DNA of 62,423 nt, counting the filler, from Asterionella formosa (Eukaryota), in assembly GCA_002256025.1 (NCBI GenBank). It is 5 parts of 5 records of this genome, joined end to end, with 100 filler letters (N's around TTAATTAATTAA, not from the genome) between each part and the next. Parts side by side here need not be neighbours in the genome. Positions count along the whole stretch, not along the records: positions 1 to 28,359 come from NKIB01001236.1; 4 more parts are not named here. The stretch is one strand, 5' to 3'. A model generated the notes under the pieces. The model saw only the letters and a list, made by a program, of their open reading frames with translations, was not told the DNA's origin and made no database searches. Both the position numbers and the translations under genes were made by a program. Shown in pieces: positions 1-11,245 of the stretch. Every line of letters starts with the position of its first letter. Within the stretch, counting starts at the first letter, position 1.

Positions 1-1035
1 GATATCATGCTGGTTGACGATTCCATATGCGACATTGTAAACTGCATGTTCCGTTTTGCGGACTCCAGTCGAATCCAAGCTCATTGCTCTTGCATATTGT
101 GGTCATTGGCCACACTTCATGAACCTTTCGTAAAGGGCGTGATTGTAACTACAGGCGGATTGGATGCAATCCTTACTGGGATGAGAATTCATCGTCGAAA
201 TGAAATTGTGCAAGAATATGGCTGTAAAGCGCTTGATGCCTGTTTTCCCGCCATGCGGAGGGGATGGATGGACCTGGCGCGGAATGATCTTGCCACTATA
301 GTCCATCGCGCACTTGGAATGAATGGGATGAATGATGAGATTGAAACATCAGCGATGAAGTTTGCGACAAAGCTTTGTGGTCGAGATGACTTTTTCAAAG
401 AAGTATTTTCCGATCCAGCGTGCATCAACTTTGTTGTCGTTGCCATGAATAGTCACATTTGCAATCAAGATTTGCAAATGGCCGGTATAACAATACTTTG
501 GGTTTTGTCATCCTTCGGCAAAAACAAATATATTATTGGTGAAATCGGCGGTCTTCGCGTCATGGTTAATGCGTTGCTGGGACACATCATTGACAAGCAA
601 CTACAAGTGGATGTCATGAAGGTACTAAAGAATCTTGCCACCACCACAGAAAACAAACGAAAGATTCGAGAAGTTCAAGGGGAAACAGCAATTGTGTGCT
701 CCATGTGGGTCAATATGGACACTCCAGACATCCTTGGTGCAGCATTTTCGGCACTCAACAATATTGCGGTTGATACAGAAAATAAGATCATAGCTCCCCT
801 GTCAACGGAGATGATACAGTGTGTCTTATTTGCCATGAGAAAACACCCGCAATCCCTTGCCGTGCAGGAAAATGGTTGTTTCTTGCTCAAAAGTCATACC
901 TTTTCGCCTTCTAATATGGAGATAATGAAACTACGCAAAAAGGAGATCGATGAAGTCCTCATCCTTGCACTATTTAATTTTCGAGAAAAATGTTGTGACC
1001 GAGCTCAATATATTCTTAGCGCGCTAGAATCATAA
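1..1035 (+). CDS. Armadillo (ARM)-repeat protein, probably 5'-partial
   Basis: 342-aa ORF from 7, and the frame is already open at base 1. It has repeated ARM-like units (GGLDAILTGMRIH...VQEYGCKAL; GGLRVMVNALLGH...LQVDVMKVLKNLA; AMRKHPQSLAVQENGCFLL). Confidence 0.75.
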   Translation, partial: DIMLVDDSICDIVNCMFRFADSSRIQAHCSCILWSLATLHEPFVKGVIVTTGGLDAILTGMRIHRRNEIVQEYGCKALDACFPAMRRGWMDLARNDLATIVHRALGMNGMNDEIETSAMKFATKLCGRDDFFKEVFSDPACINFVVVAMNSHICNQDLQMAGITILWVLSSFGKNKYIIGEIGGLRVMVNALLGHIIDKQLQVDVMKVLKNLATTTENKRKIREVQGETAIVCSMWVNMDTPDILGAAFSALNNIAVDTENKIIAPLSTEMIQCVLFAMRKHPQSLAVQENGCFLLKSHTFSPSNMEIMKLRKKEIDEVLILALFNFREKCCDRAQYILSALES

Positions 1036-1067
1036 CTGTAAGTAGAGAAATAATCAATATCACGTTA

Positions 1068-2936
1068 TTATAATATTCTTTTTTTCAATAGAACCAGGAT
1101 GGCATCGTCTCCATCAAGTAAGGATCGATTTGATTTGAAGAATTCTTCCGCTGTGAGGAGGAGTTTCATTTCCCAAAGAGACATTCCCACCAATGCTTGT
1201 TGAACGGAGCACCCCCCTTCTTGAACTTTGCGATCCGCCGAGGCCTTGTCGGTACGACTTAATTTTCGCATTTCTGTGGGTCCAAGTTCAAAATGAGACA
1301 AAAGTAGACTATTGGAAACGGACACGGTAATGCAAGTCGAGTCGTTTGAAATTTGGGCCTTCATGACGTATTTGTATTTTTCCCCACCGGTACCGTCTTT
1401 ATTCTTTTCAATGTTGAAGTATTTTGGTACCCCTTTGGTTTGGGTGTGAACGATAAATACCTGGTTTTGATGAGCTTCGTAGAGGGAGCGATTTGTTCTG
1501 GCCTTTTCCAAGAATTGGACCAAATCATGAAACGACATCACGGCGAAATCTTCGTCCTCTTCTGGTCCTTGTGTCAGGTCAACCATGGCGGCCGTCGTCC
1601 CTGTAGAACTTGTTGATATGGTGGTTGGACTCACCACATTGTGCAATGCTTGTGATGGAGTTGTGGCATGATTGTTGGATGATGGTGCAAAACTGTGCAC
1701 ATGAGGAGGTGCTGTTGTATGAGTCACCTTATAAGCTGTTGTTGGGGTTGCCTTATTAGTTGTTGTAGCATATGGATTAGTGTATGCTGCTGTTGTGGTT
1801 TTGTTGATGAAATTTGCTGTTGACCCAACCCGGTGTGTATATGGATTATTGGAACGACAAGGAGTCGGGGCAGCTGAATTGAGTTGTTCCGCTGGTAAGT
1901 TTGAACTTTGCATTGTGTGCGGTGTGTATGTGTTGGTAGGTCTAGCTTCTGCAAGCAGTGACAGTGGTTGGTGCTGCTGTCTTGTTTGTACATGGTGAGT
2001 GTTGGAAGGAATACTAGTATTTTGTTGATGTTGCTGTGGTTGTACGCCTTGGTGATTCCCTGTGTTGGTTGGTCCTGATATTGGAGCCTCTCCTTCCCCT
2101 TCCTCGTCATTCTCATCATCCAAAATCCCAGTGTCTGGATTCCAAATGAGCGCCTTAATAGTTGGATCCACCCCAACCCCTGCAAGTTTTTGTGCCTGCT
2201 CCAAAGCCCTGCGTTGTAGTTGGACCATCCACTCAACGGCACCTCCCAACACGGTGGTATTTCCTTCATGCAACAGTAGAACTCCTAGTCTCACTTCTAC
2301 ATCAGGTCCCGTGACTAGCAGTTTCATACCAGCACGACTGTTTGGCGACAAATTTAAAATAGGTGAAACTTCCATGGCGACAATGTCAACATGAGGCCAA
2401 TGACCATCCGACAAGTATAGTTTTAACAATCGCTTGGCTTGATTGCCAATAGCTGTAGGCGCTGATTGTGAAGCAGGCCCCAAGGAAATCCGAGATTCGG
2501 CATTGAGACTCACGTCCAAGACTTCTTCCATTTGCAACAAGAGACGGAACTCTGGTGGAAGCAGCTGGCGACAGCTGGCAGGATTGCTAGTATTAGTGTT
2601 GTCCCTTTGCGATTCCGCAATGGCTCGTCGTAAGGCAACGGCCGAAGCATCCTTCGAATGATCATCGGTAGAAGTACTTGTGGCAGACCGAACCACGTTC
2701 CTCAAGTCAGCGTGAAGAATCTGATGAAGCACATTGTCTGGCGAAGTATCGTCATTGGAATTTGCCGTAGTCGATTGCAAATACGATCGACACGCCGTCA
2801 GCCACTCATTGGAGGGAAGGACACCAGCCACGGAATGAAGAGTTTGGTACGATGACAAGGACGACGGGGCAACATCATGATGCTCGGCTGCAGTGCTGCT
2901 ATTGATCGATGCAGCATCAGCCGTGGTCATCATCAT
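1068..2936 (-). CDS. RMI1: RecQ-mediated genome instability protein 1 (BTR/STR dissolvasome subunit)
   Basis: N-terminal WL..C helix and QILHADLR are followed by OB-fold signatures LQMEEVLDVS, RLLKLYLSDG and VAMEVSPI..L...SRAGMKLLV..VRLGVLLL...NTTVLGGAVE. A Q/T/N-rich linker precedes a C-terminal OB-like domain. Confidence 0.88.
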   Translation of the reverse strand: MMMTTADAASINSSTAAEHHDVAPSSLSSYQTLHSVAGVLPSNEWLTACRSYLQSTTANSNDDTSPDNVLHQILHADLRNVVRSATSTSTDDHSKDASAVALRRAIAESQRDNTNTSNPASCRQLLPPEFRLLLQMEEVLDVSLNAESRISLGPASQSAPTAIGNQAKRLLKLYLSDGHWPHVDIVAMEVSPILNLSPNSRAGMKLLVTGPDVEVRLGVLLLHEGNTTVLGGAVEWMVQLQRRALEQAQKLAGVGVDPTIKALIWNPDTGILDDENDEEGEGEAPISGPTNTGNHQGVQPQQHQQNTSIPSNTHHVQTRQQHQPLSLLAEARPTNTYTPHTMQSSNLPAEQLNSAAPTPCRSNNPYTHRVGSTANFINKTTTAAYTNPYATTTNKATPTTAYKVTHTTAPPHVHSFAPSSNNHATTPSQALHNVVSPTTISTSSTGTTAAMVDLTQGPEEDEDFAVMSFHDLVQFLEKARTNRSLYEAHQNQVFIVHTQTKGVPKYFNIEKNKDGTGGEKYKYVMKAQISNDSTCITVSVSNSLLLSHFELGPTEMRKLSRTDKASADRKVQEGGCSVQQALVGMSLWEMKLLLTAEEFFKSNRSLLDGDDAILVLLKKRIL

Positions 2937-3251
2937 GAGGATTCTGTAAGTGATTAGAAATCTACCCGCATATTATGTATAGAATATATATACCGGTACA
3001 TGTGTTCACTTTGAACATGAAAATTAGTACCACATAATGGTGACGGGTATAATGAAGGCTATATGAACCGGTTATAAAAACCTCGCCCTTGTACGGTACC
3101 GGCAGTGGTGCTTTGACATACATATTCCAATGATTAACATGTCCCGATCATTATCCCTATTTTCTCCCATCTCATGATACGCCCTAGTATTCCAAACGTG
3201 ATACCAACACACATACACAGTCAAGGACGATTGTTATTTCATCATGATTAT

Positions 3252-4192
3252 TCAATCACTACGATCACAACAAAGTGATTTATGTTCTGCCCAATCCATC
3301 AGTTGACACTCAATTCCGCAGTCTGGAGCCATAATTTGCATAGGAGTGAAGTTATGGTTTAAAGTGAGAACAAGAATTGTAACATCAGCCAAAGTACACT
3401 CATCCTTTCAAAGACTTACATGTAACTCGTGTACATCGGGCACATTGTTTCATGTGTGTTGATGGTAGGATTGCCTTACAGGTATTGCACTGAAATCTCT
3501 TTTTCTTCCTCCCCCTCGTTACTAGTGTTGAAGTTGTACTACTAGTACTAGTACTAGTACTACTAGTACTAGTACTAGTAGCAGTGTTGGTAGCAATATC
3601 ACAACAACAACCTGACTTTTGATTTCGATTTTCGACAAGGTGACCTCGTTCTCGTTCTCGTTCTCGGTCTCGGTCTTTGTTGTTTATTGATTTCGGCATG
3701 ACAGCATCATCTTCTTGAGCTAAATAGCAAGGCATCATCTTGCCAGAACTGCTATTTGTACACCCATGACCTGCAATTGTGTCCGATTCCGATTCCGCTT
3801 CCATTCTTCGCTGTGATGGTACTCCATTCATAGCTGTGATGCTGCCACAATGATGCAAATGGGCTTCTTCCTTTGATAACTCTTTTCCATGTTTTCGTGA
3901 TCGCTGTAGCTGTAGTTGTTGCTGCTGTTGGTAGTTTCTCTTGATACATTCTTGTGACAAGCTCAGTAGATAATCCGTCTGAAGAGCTTCACGTGCTCCA
4001 GAATGTTCCCAAAGATTAAACAGCGACCAAGCGTCAATGACAGTGTTTACGTTACGATGAGATACAAGGTGACATAGATTTGGCGACTCTTGCTGGGGGA
4101 AAATGGATGAGCCATGACCAGCATCATTGAGAACTTTGAGCGCACTTAGTGAAAAGCGAAGCTTGGATGGTGGTTGATTAGCAGCAATAGTT

Positions 4193-4223
<31 letters not shown>

Positions 4224-5160
4224 AAGTTGTTGATGTTGATGTTGCTGTTGCTGTACCACTCCTTGACTTGCTGCTGCGACCACATACATTTGGCTTGTTG
4301 CTAACAACAATAGTCTTGCCATGAATGTGATTTTGCATGCAACGTAGACATGTCAACCGACATATCGTTCTTGTTCCAATAGTCATTTTGGATCTATTTA
4401 CTGCTGCAATTTGAAGTAGGGGATGAAATAGCATCCAATATTCATCGCCTTTGTTGCACAGCAGGTCATCACCATCATCATGTGGGACGGGCGCTATTTC
4501 GTTGCAAAACGGACACTTTAGCATGGACTCAACACCTGGCCAATCAAATCGACCATTTGGAGGAATTTTGAGCTGCTGCGACTCTTCTTTAGTTCTCATC
4601 ATTGACTTGAAGTGTCTGTAATTGCTTGACGTAAAATGGCACTTGCCTGCCACAGTCAGTGTCACGGCTGGCACACCAGGCATTTTATGATTGGGGTCAG
4701 CATCGCCGTTTTTAATATTCTTGTGATCCACCATCGCCATCACGCGTGGTGTTTCTTCGAGCTGCAGAATATCGCATCCCGGAAAATCAACGAAAAAGCT
4801 TTTCGTTTTGGACCTTTCTTGCCTTGCCTTCTTGTTGTCTTGGAGAATCAGAACTCTTTGTTTAGGAAGGTATTTCACCTTTGGCTGATAGTCGGATGCG
4901 TCGACTGCCAGCAACAGCGAGCAGTTGGCTTCCATCATTCCACAAGTCTCGAGTCCTGACCAACATTTTGTTGTCCTCTCTGTAGCAGCAGGAGGCGCCA
5001 TGATCATTGCTGCTGTGGTGGTGTTGGTGGTTGGTGGTGAAGTGTTGGCGGCTTCAGTCCTCTTGGCTTCAGTCAACTTGTTCTTGTGCGAAAAGTCCAA
5101 GTCATGAAGGGATGATTCTTTGCAGTTGTTAGCATCGTTGTTGCTTGGACAATGCATCAT
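3252..5160 (-). CDS. MYND-type zinc-finger protein (2 exons: 5160-3420, 3322-3252)
   Basis: Splicing a GTAAGT...CAG intron (3419-3323, 97 nt) rebuilds a full MYND finger: CNTC-x9-CARCTRVT|YCGIECQLMDWAEHKSLC. The first ATG is at 5160; the ORF-track start at 5196 is TTG. Confidence 0.8.
3536..3580. repeat. (ACTAGT/ACT)n microsatellite within the MYND ORF
   Basis: gtactactagtactagtactagtactactagtactagtactagta encodes the Ser/Thr tract TSTSTSSTSTSTSST. Confidence 0.8.
4193..4223. repeat. (GTA)n microsatellite encoding poly-Thr
   Basis: About 10 tandem GTA units within the MYND ORF. Confidence 0.85.
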
Positions 5161-6941
5161 GCATGGCAGGCCAAAATCGGAAAAGTGTGAACGCAAAGCA
5201 ATGAAAATCCTGTGTGTGAATTAACGATGGATGATATTCGCCTTTTTGTAATACTAGCCACCACGTAATAGTATACAAATGTTGTGACTGTCGCATCTCC
5301 TTCTTTTGCTGACCGATTGAATGTAGCCTCCCTTGGTATTATTACCCCATGCCTTTTACAATGTCCTCACATGCATCTTACAAAGCCGTTGATTATTTTT
5401 CTTTTCCGATGTCCGGTTAAAAAGTCGGGAATCCCGGACCATTGGGCATTTTTAATCCTTTGAACAAGTTCCTATGAATCTACCAAGAGTGAACAAAGGT
5501 ATGGCTCTCTTTGAGGACCTTGTGAAGGTCGCTATTACTGGATATATAAATATTTTTTATGTACACCGAGAATGTCGTTTATGGATAACTTCATAATAAT
5601 TGAATGACCATTGATTGATATCATCCCGGTAACTGTCAAATTGGACACTTTGGTGATGGTCTTGTTTCGCAAAAACTATACGTTCCCGTATAAGTATATG
5701 TTTTTTATGTGACATCCAAGATAAAGTCATTTTGCCACGTGCTATTGAAACTGGTACCATCAGGGTACCATTTTCAACCATGAATGGATGGGTGAACAAA
5801 AATTGCTACTACACAATTTTCGTAACGCACCTTTGTTAGCATTCTTTTGCACGACGCACGGGAGGAAATCAAATGACCACAAATATCTTGGATTGGAAAA
5901 CGTATGTACAAGGTATGCCTGGCTGGATTGATTTGTTGGAGGATTGAACGAAACAGGAGAATAAACAATTTTGTCCATCTAACAATAAAGCACACCAATG
6001 CAACAAAAGGAAGCTAAAAAGCTAGTAATATTTCCGCAATCCTACTGGCACTGCTGGTGAGCAACAACCCTTTTCACCATGGAGAACAATGTATATTTGC
6101 AGCCAGACAAACAAATAAGACATTTTCCACCACATGACCATAACTACTAGTACACTCTTTTACAATCGGCTACAATCAGGTGTAAGAGCCCAACCAAATT
6201 AACAAGGAACTCAAGGAGCAAGATTGTCTAAAAGGAATAGGGTCAGCTACAAGCAGATGAACAAACCACAAGAATTGACATGGAACTCATCAACCCATCA
6301 AAAGCATCATCAAATTGAGGAATGTTTTTGACAAAATGTCCATCTCACATCCAAATCCAATCCAGATCAATGGTTTCCAGACCATGATATTATTTCAAAA
6401 TTGACAGCAGCACCACAAGCATTGTTGTGGCCAACAAGGAAATCCTCCACCCAATCCAGACATATCCATTTCTCTAGCATACATGGTGAGCAGTGGTGCA
6501 GTCAAAAGGCTTAATCAAAGACCAAAGCTATCACAATTATTTTTACACAAAGAACTTCCACAAGAGGAAGTGACTACCCACCCAACTTTCCATCGCCTCA
6601 CCATAAATGGGGTCATGGAGTGCAACGACAGCAAATCTAGAAATAGACTAGTAGGAATGTGCAATGACAATGATTCATATATAATACTGGAGAAAAAATG
6701 ATAATAAATCATTAATTTCTGATTAAAAATTATCAACCACCTTGCTGTGTGCTACATAACTTAGAGAATCTATCCTTGCCGCAACGAAGGTAATTACATA
6801 TAAAATGGATTCGGACTACCATTTGATTCAATCTGCCACTCCAAATGTTACAGTAATAGCAGAATCATATTTAACATCGATTTTAGAAATGTACATTACT
6901 TGTAACAGCCCAACAGTATTCCCTCATATATGATTCTACCT

Positions 6942-8441
6942 TTATACTTCAGCCGTTCGTCGGTTACTGTTCTTTTTTCGAACATCTCGTTTCTCATGAA
7001 CATTTCTAGTCCACTCCAATGGCAAGTTCTTTTTGTCAACACCCTTGAGTAACTCTCTATACAAGTCTCCATCTGTCGCTTCTCGCAGCCGACTTAATAC
7101 CATGTCCCCTACACATCCGTCTGCCACACATGATTGAAAGACTTTCTTGACCCACTTTTGGCGCATCGGGTCATCAGGTGCCACCAGTCTAGCGCAACAT
7201 TTCAACATGGCACCGTACGTTACATGATTTGGTGAGCCATATTCATCAGAATGACGCAGTTGTTGAAAGGTCGCTAATGCCACTTGAAAGGCTTTTTGTG
7301 GTTCCTTGCGTTCATTAGCGCAACAGCCCAAGACTGAAGTAAATCCATAAACATCTGGACGAAAGCTGCCACCTTTCTGATCGAACAACGTCATTTGACG
7401 ACTAAGAATGGATCGCGCACGGCGATAGGCCCCTTGTTGGAAGGATTTGCCCCATGCCGCAATGACGGAATTGTATAAAATAGTGTCTGGTTCCAACGCT
7501 CTGTTGCCGTTCTTGTATCCCTCTTCGACACGCTTTAATATAAGCTCCGCATGACGTGCTCCGTGCACATGTTTGGCTAGTCCAGTAATGACAGTCGAAT
7601 ATGACACCATATCTGGGACTGGCGTCTTTCCAGCAGCAGCCAATTGTTCCATGAATGCTAATAGCTGTAACGCGCGTGGGACATTGCCTTGTTTGGACCA
7701 CGAGTTCAGAACCGCATTGAAGGATGTGGTGCGCGGCTTAAGTTTGGGCTGCTTCGTGGCTTCGTATAACGCTTCCATGGCACCCAGTAGCTGTTCGGCT
7801 CGTACCGGGGCTTCGGAATGATCGCTTCGAGTCCACGATTGCAAGACGCTGTCGAAGCAATCAGCATCGGGACATGCCAACCGATTCTGCCCAGTTGTGT
7901 ACAAGTCCACCATGTACTCCAGCAGTTGCTGTGCTCGTACACATGAGTAATACGTCGTAGAGTCTTGCAGTTCTGCGGCCTTTCTCCATGCCATAATGAC
8001 AGTCTTGAACGAGGCGAGGTTTGGCTGAATCGCCGGATGCGCCTGCATTTCCATGAGAATCGAATCACATCGCTCCGCCCCTGCCACACCGGATCCGCTC
8101 CTGGCCCATCCCTCCAGCAAGCAGTTGTAGTCGAGTACATTGAGCTCGGCGTCCATGTTGCCAGCCCGGCGCTCATCGACCACCCGCTTCAGGAGCGTTT
8201 CTGCTTGGAGTGCGAACTCTGGATTGGGCTGTTCCAAGTGCGACCAGGCGTCGAGCAGTAAGTGCGATTGCTGAACTTGCGATCTGGACAAGTCGCCTGG
8301 CGTGGTTTCGATAAAGGTAGTTGTCATTTCGTGCAGCCAGGCAAGTTGCTTGTGACGAGGAAGGCCGGACACGACATATGCTGACGAGGTGCTGCTGCTG
8401 CATGCCAGAGCGAGAACGAGGGCGACGGGGCATTTCCTCAT
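6942..8441 (-). CDS. Pentatricopeptide-repeat (PPR) protein, probably plastid-targeted
   Basis: Successive PPR motifs (DYNCLLEGWARSG, SFKTVIMAW, CFDSVLQSW, SFNAVLNSWSKQG, SYSTVITGLAK, LYNSVIAAWGKS, GFTSVLGCCA, TYGAMLKCC). The likely ATG at 8441 gives the signal peptide MRKCPVALVLALACSSSTSSA followed by Y (ASAFAP-type cleavage). Confidence 0.88.
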   Translation of the reverse strand: MRKCPVALVLALACSSSTSSAYVVSGLPRHKQLAWLHEMTTTFIETTPGDLSRSQVQQSHLLLDAWSHLEQPNPEFALQAETLLKRVVDERRAGNMDAELNVLDYNCLLEGWARSGSGVAGAERCDSILMEMQAHPAIQPNLASFKTVIMAWRKAAELQDSTTYYSCVRAQQLLEYMVDLYTTGQNRLACPDADCFDSVLQSWTRSDHSEAPVRAEQLLGAMEALYEATKQPKLKPRTTSFNAVLNSWSKQGNVPRALQLLAFMEQLAAAGKTPVPDMVSYSTVITGLAKHVHGARHAELILKRVEEGYKNGNRALEPDTILYNSVIAAWGKSFQQGAYRRARSILSRQMTLFDQKGGSFRPDVYGFTSVLGCCANERKEPQKAFQVALATFQQLRHSDEYGSPNHVTYGAMLKCCARLVAPDDPMRQKWVKKVFQSCVADGCVGDMVLSRLREATDGDLYRELLKGVDKKNLPLEWTRNVHEKRDVRKKNSNRRTAEV

Positions 8442-9150
8442 GGTGGGCTGTGTGGGTTGCTTTGTGAACGACGCGTTTCGTTGTGCTGACGGAATCGTAA
8501 TAAATGTGCAAGTTTTGTTTGCAGATTTGGTCCGTATGTAGGAATGAAATGACGAGGCGTGACAACTACTCGAAACGAACTTCCCAATACCAAAATGATG
8601 ACAAATGATGACAATGCCGATGAGCAAGCTGCTGAGTCGTCGAAGAAAATAATTCTGATGACTGAAAATAAAATATGCGTATCAAAGCAACGTCGCCTAC
8701 AAAATATATGCCAGTAGTTTGATTTTGTTCATCATCATAGCCAATGAAAAACCGGTACCAGGTAACAGGTACCGGAAATGCGAACTGGTGATGATGAGTC
8801 AACACCTCGTCCATCATGATATTCAATCACAAATCTTGAGTTCCTCAAGCATGTCGGAAGGCAAATTTCACTGCAATGAACCAGGAAGTGATATCACCGA
8901 CGCGTCACGAGGCAACAGCAATTCTGACACCTACCAAGTGGTGATGTCATCATTGCGTCAAGTACATAGGGGCCTCTACGGAACCGTCCTTTGTTGCGTC
9001 GTCAATCAGATTCAATAACCTCCTCAGGTAAGAAAGCTTGACTACCGGGATCGGAACAATTTCCAGATGGTCGTTTAGCATGTAGAAAAGAACTGAGTTC
9101 TTGAAAATTCTGATGTCATGCATGCGTCATGAACAGCTTGGTAGCATTCC

Positions 9151-9173
9151 ACGTCATTATTGACGTCACGTGA
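9151..9173. promoter_or_regulatory. Clustered bZIP (TGACGT/TGACGTCA) and G-box (CACGTG) motifs in the divergent PPR/RPF2 intergenic region
   Basis: acgtca 9151-9156, tgacgtca 9161-9168 and overlapping cacgtg 9167-9172, with further CGTCA half-sites at 8900-9130. Function is inferred only. Confidence 0.3.
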
Positions 9174-9609
9174 TGCATTGAACTTCAATTACGTCCAGCC
9201 TTCAACGGTAAATAAGCCGGGGTATGAGCACTCAATTAATAGCCAAGCAAAATCTCCTGTTCCTCCCTTCTTGGCTTGTTTGTTCCTTTGTTCGTGCTCA
9301 TACAACAACTATGATAACGGATTGCTCCTAATTTTTATCATTCATTTATGATGTACTATGTAGTAAGTAGAGGTCATATGTACTGTATGTAGTATTTCAT
9401 TATTCTTATTTACTTTATTTCAATGTATGTACAGCAAAAAACAAAACAAACTTGCTGGTCAGCGAACAGAATATAAATACCGTATGCTTGCTACATAATA
9501 ACACAGTATGGCCATCACTGGACTACCAGTATATAGATCAACACTTACATTTTATTTTTGATGGCATACACATGAATATACAAAATCAAGTTTCGGTTCT
9601 CGACAAAAC

Positions 9610-10713
9610 ATGGCACCCACTAATCAACAAGCCAAGGCCGCTCGTGCCAAGCAATTGGCAGGAGGCAAGGTCCCCAAGGCCAAAGTACAGCGATATCTGA
9701 AAACGACTGAATCCAAATTGGTCGAACCAGCACGTACCACGTTGTTGTTCAAAGGCATTTCTTGTTCTCAAGGAATGGGAATTGTCCTTAAAGATTTACG
9801 TGCTGTCCAACAACCACATTGCAAATTATTGACCAAAAAGAATGCCTTTAGTGCGTTTGATTCGACCACACAACAATCATTGGAATTTTTGTGTACCAAG
9901 AATGATTGCTCACTCTTTGCCATGGCATCACACAATAAGAAACGCCCAAACAACTTAGTTTTGGGAAGAACCTTTGATCGACAAGTCTTGGACATGGTGG
10001 AATTGGGGATTCTTCGGTACAAGTCCTTGGCAGACTATGGTGGCGATGTTGCTAAGAAAAGGATTGGGAGTAAACCACTTTTATTGTTTTGTGGGGACTT
10101 GTGGTCTCAACCAATCCACAATAAGTTGCAAAATTTGCTTATTGACTTTTATAAAGGCGATACTGTTGATTCTCTTGTCATTTCTGGAGTGGATCACATC
10201 ATGGTCTTTACTATGGCCATGACTAATCAGTCTATCACTACGACACAACAACAACAACAACCATTGGTCCATCAACGAACATATTATGTTCAACTCAAGA
10301 AAAATCCAAGTGGTGGTACTATTCCATTGCCACTATTGGAACCATGTGGTCCTGATATGGATTTTATGGTTCGACGAACTCAATTGGCGTCACCTGATCT
10401 TTGGAAGGCCTCACTCAAACAACCATTGGCTCTCAAGGCCAAAAAGAAGAAGAATCATACTACCAACATCTTTGGAGAAACCATTGGAAGGTTGCATTTG
10501 GAAAAGCAGGATGTTGACAAGATGCAGGGACGAAAATCGAAGGCATTGCGTCGAGCTGATAAGATTTCCAAGGACGAAGAGAAACAAGCTTTGGAAAGTG
10601 AGTTGGGACAAGAGAGGCAAGTTATGGGAGAAGAGTTTAAACAGCATTATGGATTTGAGGAAGAGGAAACGGAGAGAGCCAACAAACGTCGGTTCAAGAA
10701 GAAGGATTCTTAG
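9610..10713 (+). CDS. RPF2: Ribosome production factor 2 (Brix domain)
   Basis: SLEFLCTKNDCSLF..ASHNKKRPNNLVLGRTFD..VLDMVELGI, KPLLLFCG, LQNLLIDFYKG, EPCGPDMDF..RR and GETIGRLHLEKQD..KMQGRKSKAL are characteristic Rpf2 motifs. Confidence 0.95.
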   Translation: MAPTNQQAKAARAKQLAGGKVPKAKVQRYLKTTESKLVEPARTTLLFKGISCSQGMGIVLKDLRAVQQPHCKLLTKKNAFSAFDSTTQQSLEFLCTKNDCSLFAMASHNKKRPNNLVLGRTFDRQVLDMVELGILRYKSLADYGGDVAKKRIGSKPLLLFCGDLWSQPIHNKLQNLLIDFYKGDTVDSLVISGVDHIMVFTMAMTNQSITTTQQQQQPLVHQRTYYVQLKKNPSGGTIPLPLLEPCGPDMDFMVRRTQLASPDLWKASLKQPLALKAKKKKNHTTNIFGETIGRLHLEKQDVDKMQGRKSKALRRADKISKDEEKQALESELGQERQVMGEEFKQHYGFEEEETERANKRRFKKKDS

Positions 10714-11245
10714 ATTACTTCGAATTGTGGTCAGGATACTTGATGTTTCACAGCATAGTGAAGAATTTGTTCCCCTAAGTATTAGTCTTTTCATATTACG
10801 ATATGCAATTACTGGAGGATGATTGCAGTACCACGAGGTCATCCTATAGGGGACCCATCCGTTGGCAAAAAATCAAGTTGAAATGACCTTGGTGATCCAC
10901 CTTAAGTATTTATATAGTTCATGGTCCGTTTCAACTAATGATACAATCAAAATTTTATGGGATTACTCCAGAGTCCACTTTAGCTGAGTACCAAAAATAC
11001 CATTGACCAACTGCGAAATGGGTTCAGTAAGCGTTCGATTTCAGTCAGATATTTTTCTGCAAAGATTTCTAAATTTAAACAGCATGAAAGGCCACATAGA
11101 TAAGAACAAATTGATTGATATTCTTGTTACTTGGTAGTCTACAGGAAATATTCACGGTAATTGCGCATAACTCATCTTTTACAAACACTAGCGAACTCCA
11201 ATCCTTCATCCGCGAAGAAATTGTTGTATCTCCCTCCATGGCCAT

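Noticed and set aside
5400..6000. Possible DNA-transposon remnant
   Set aside because: No terminal inverted repeats, TSD or transposase-like translation could be established by eye.
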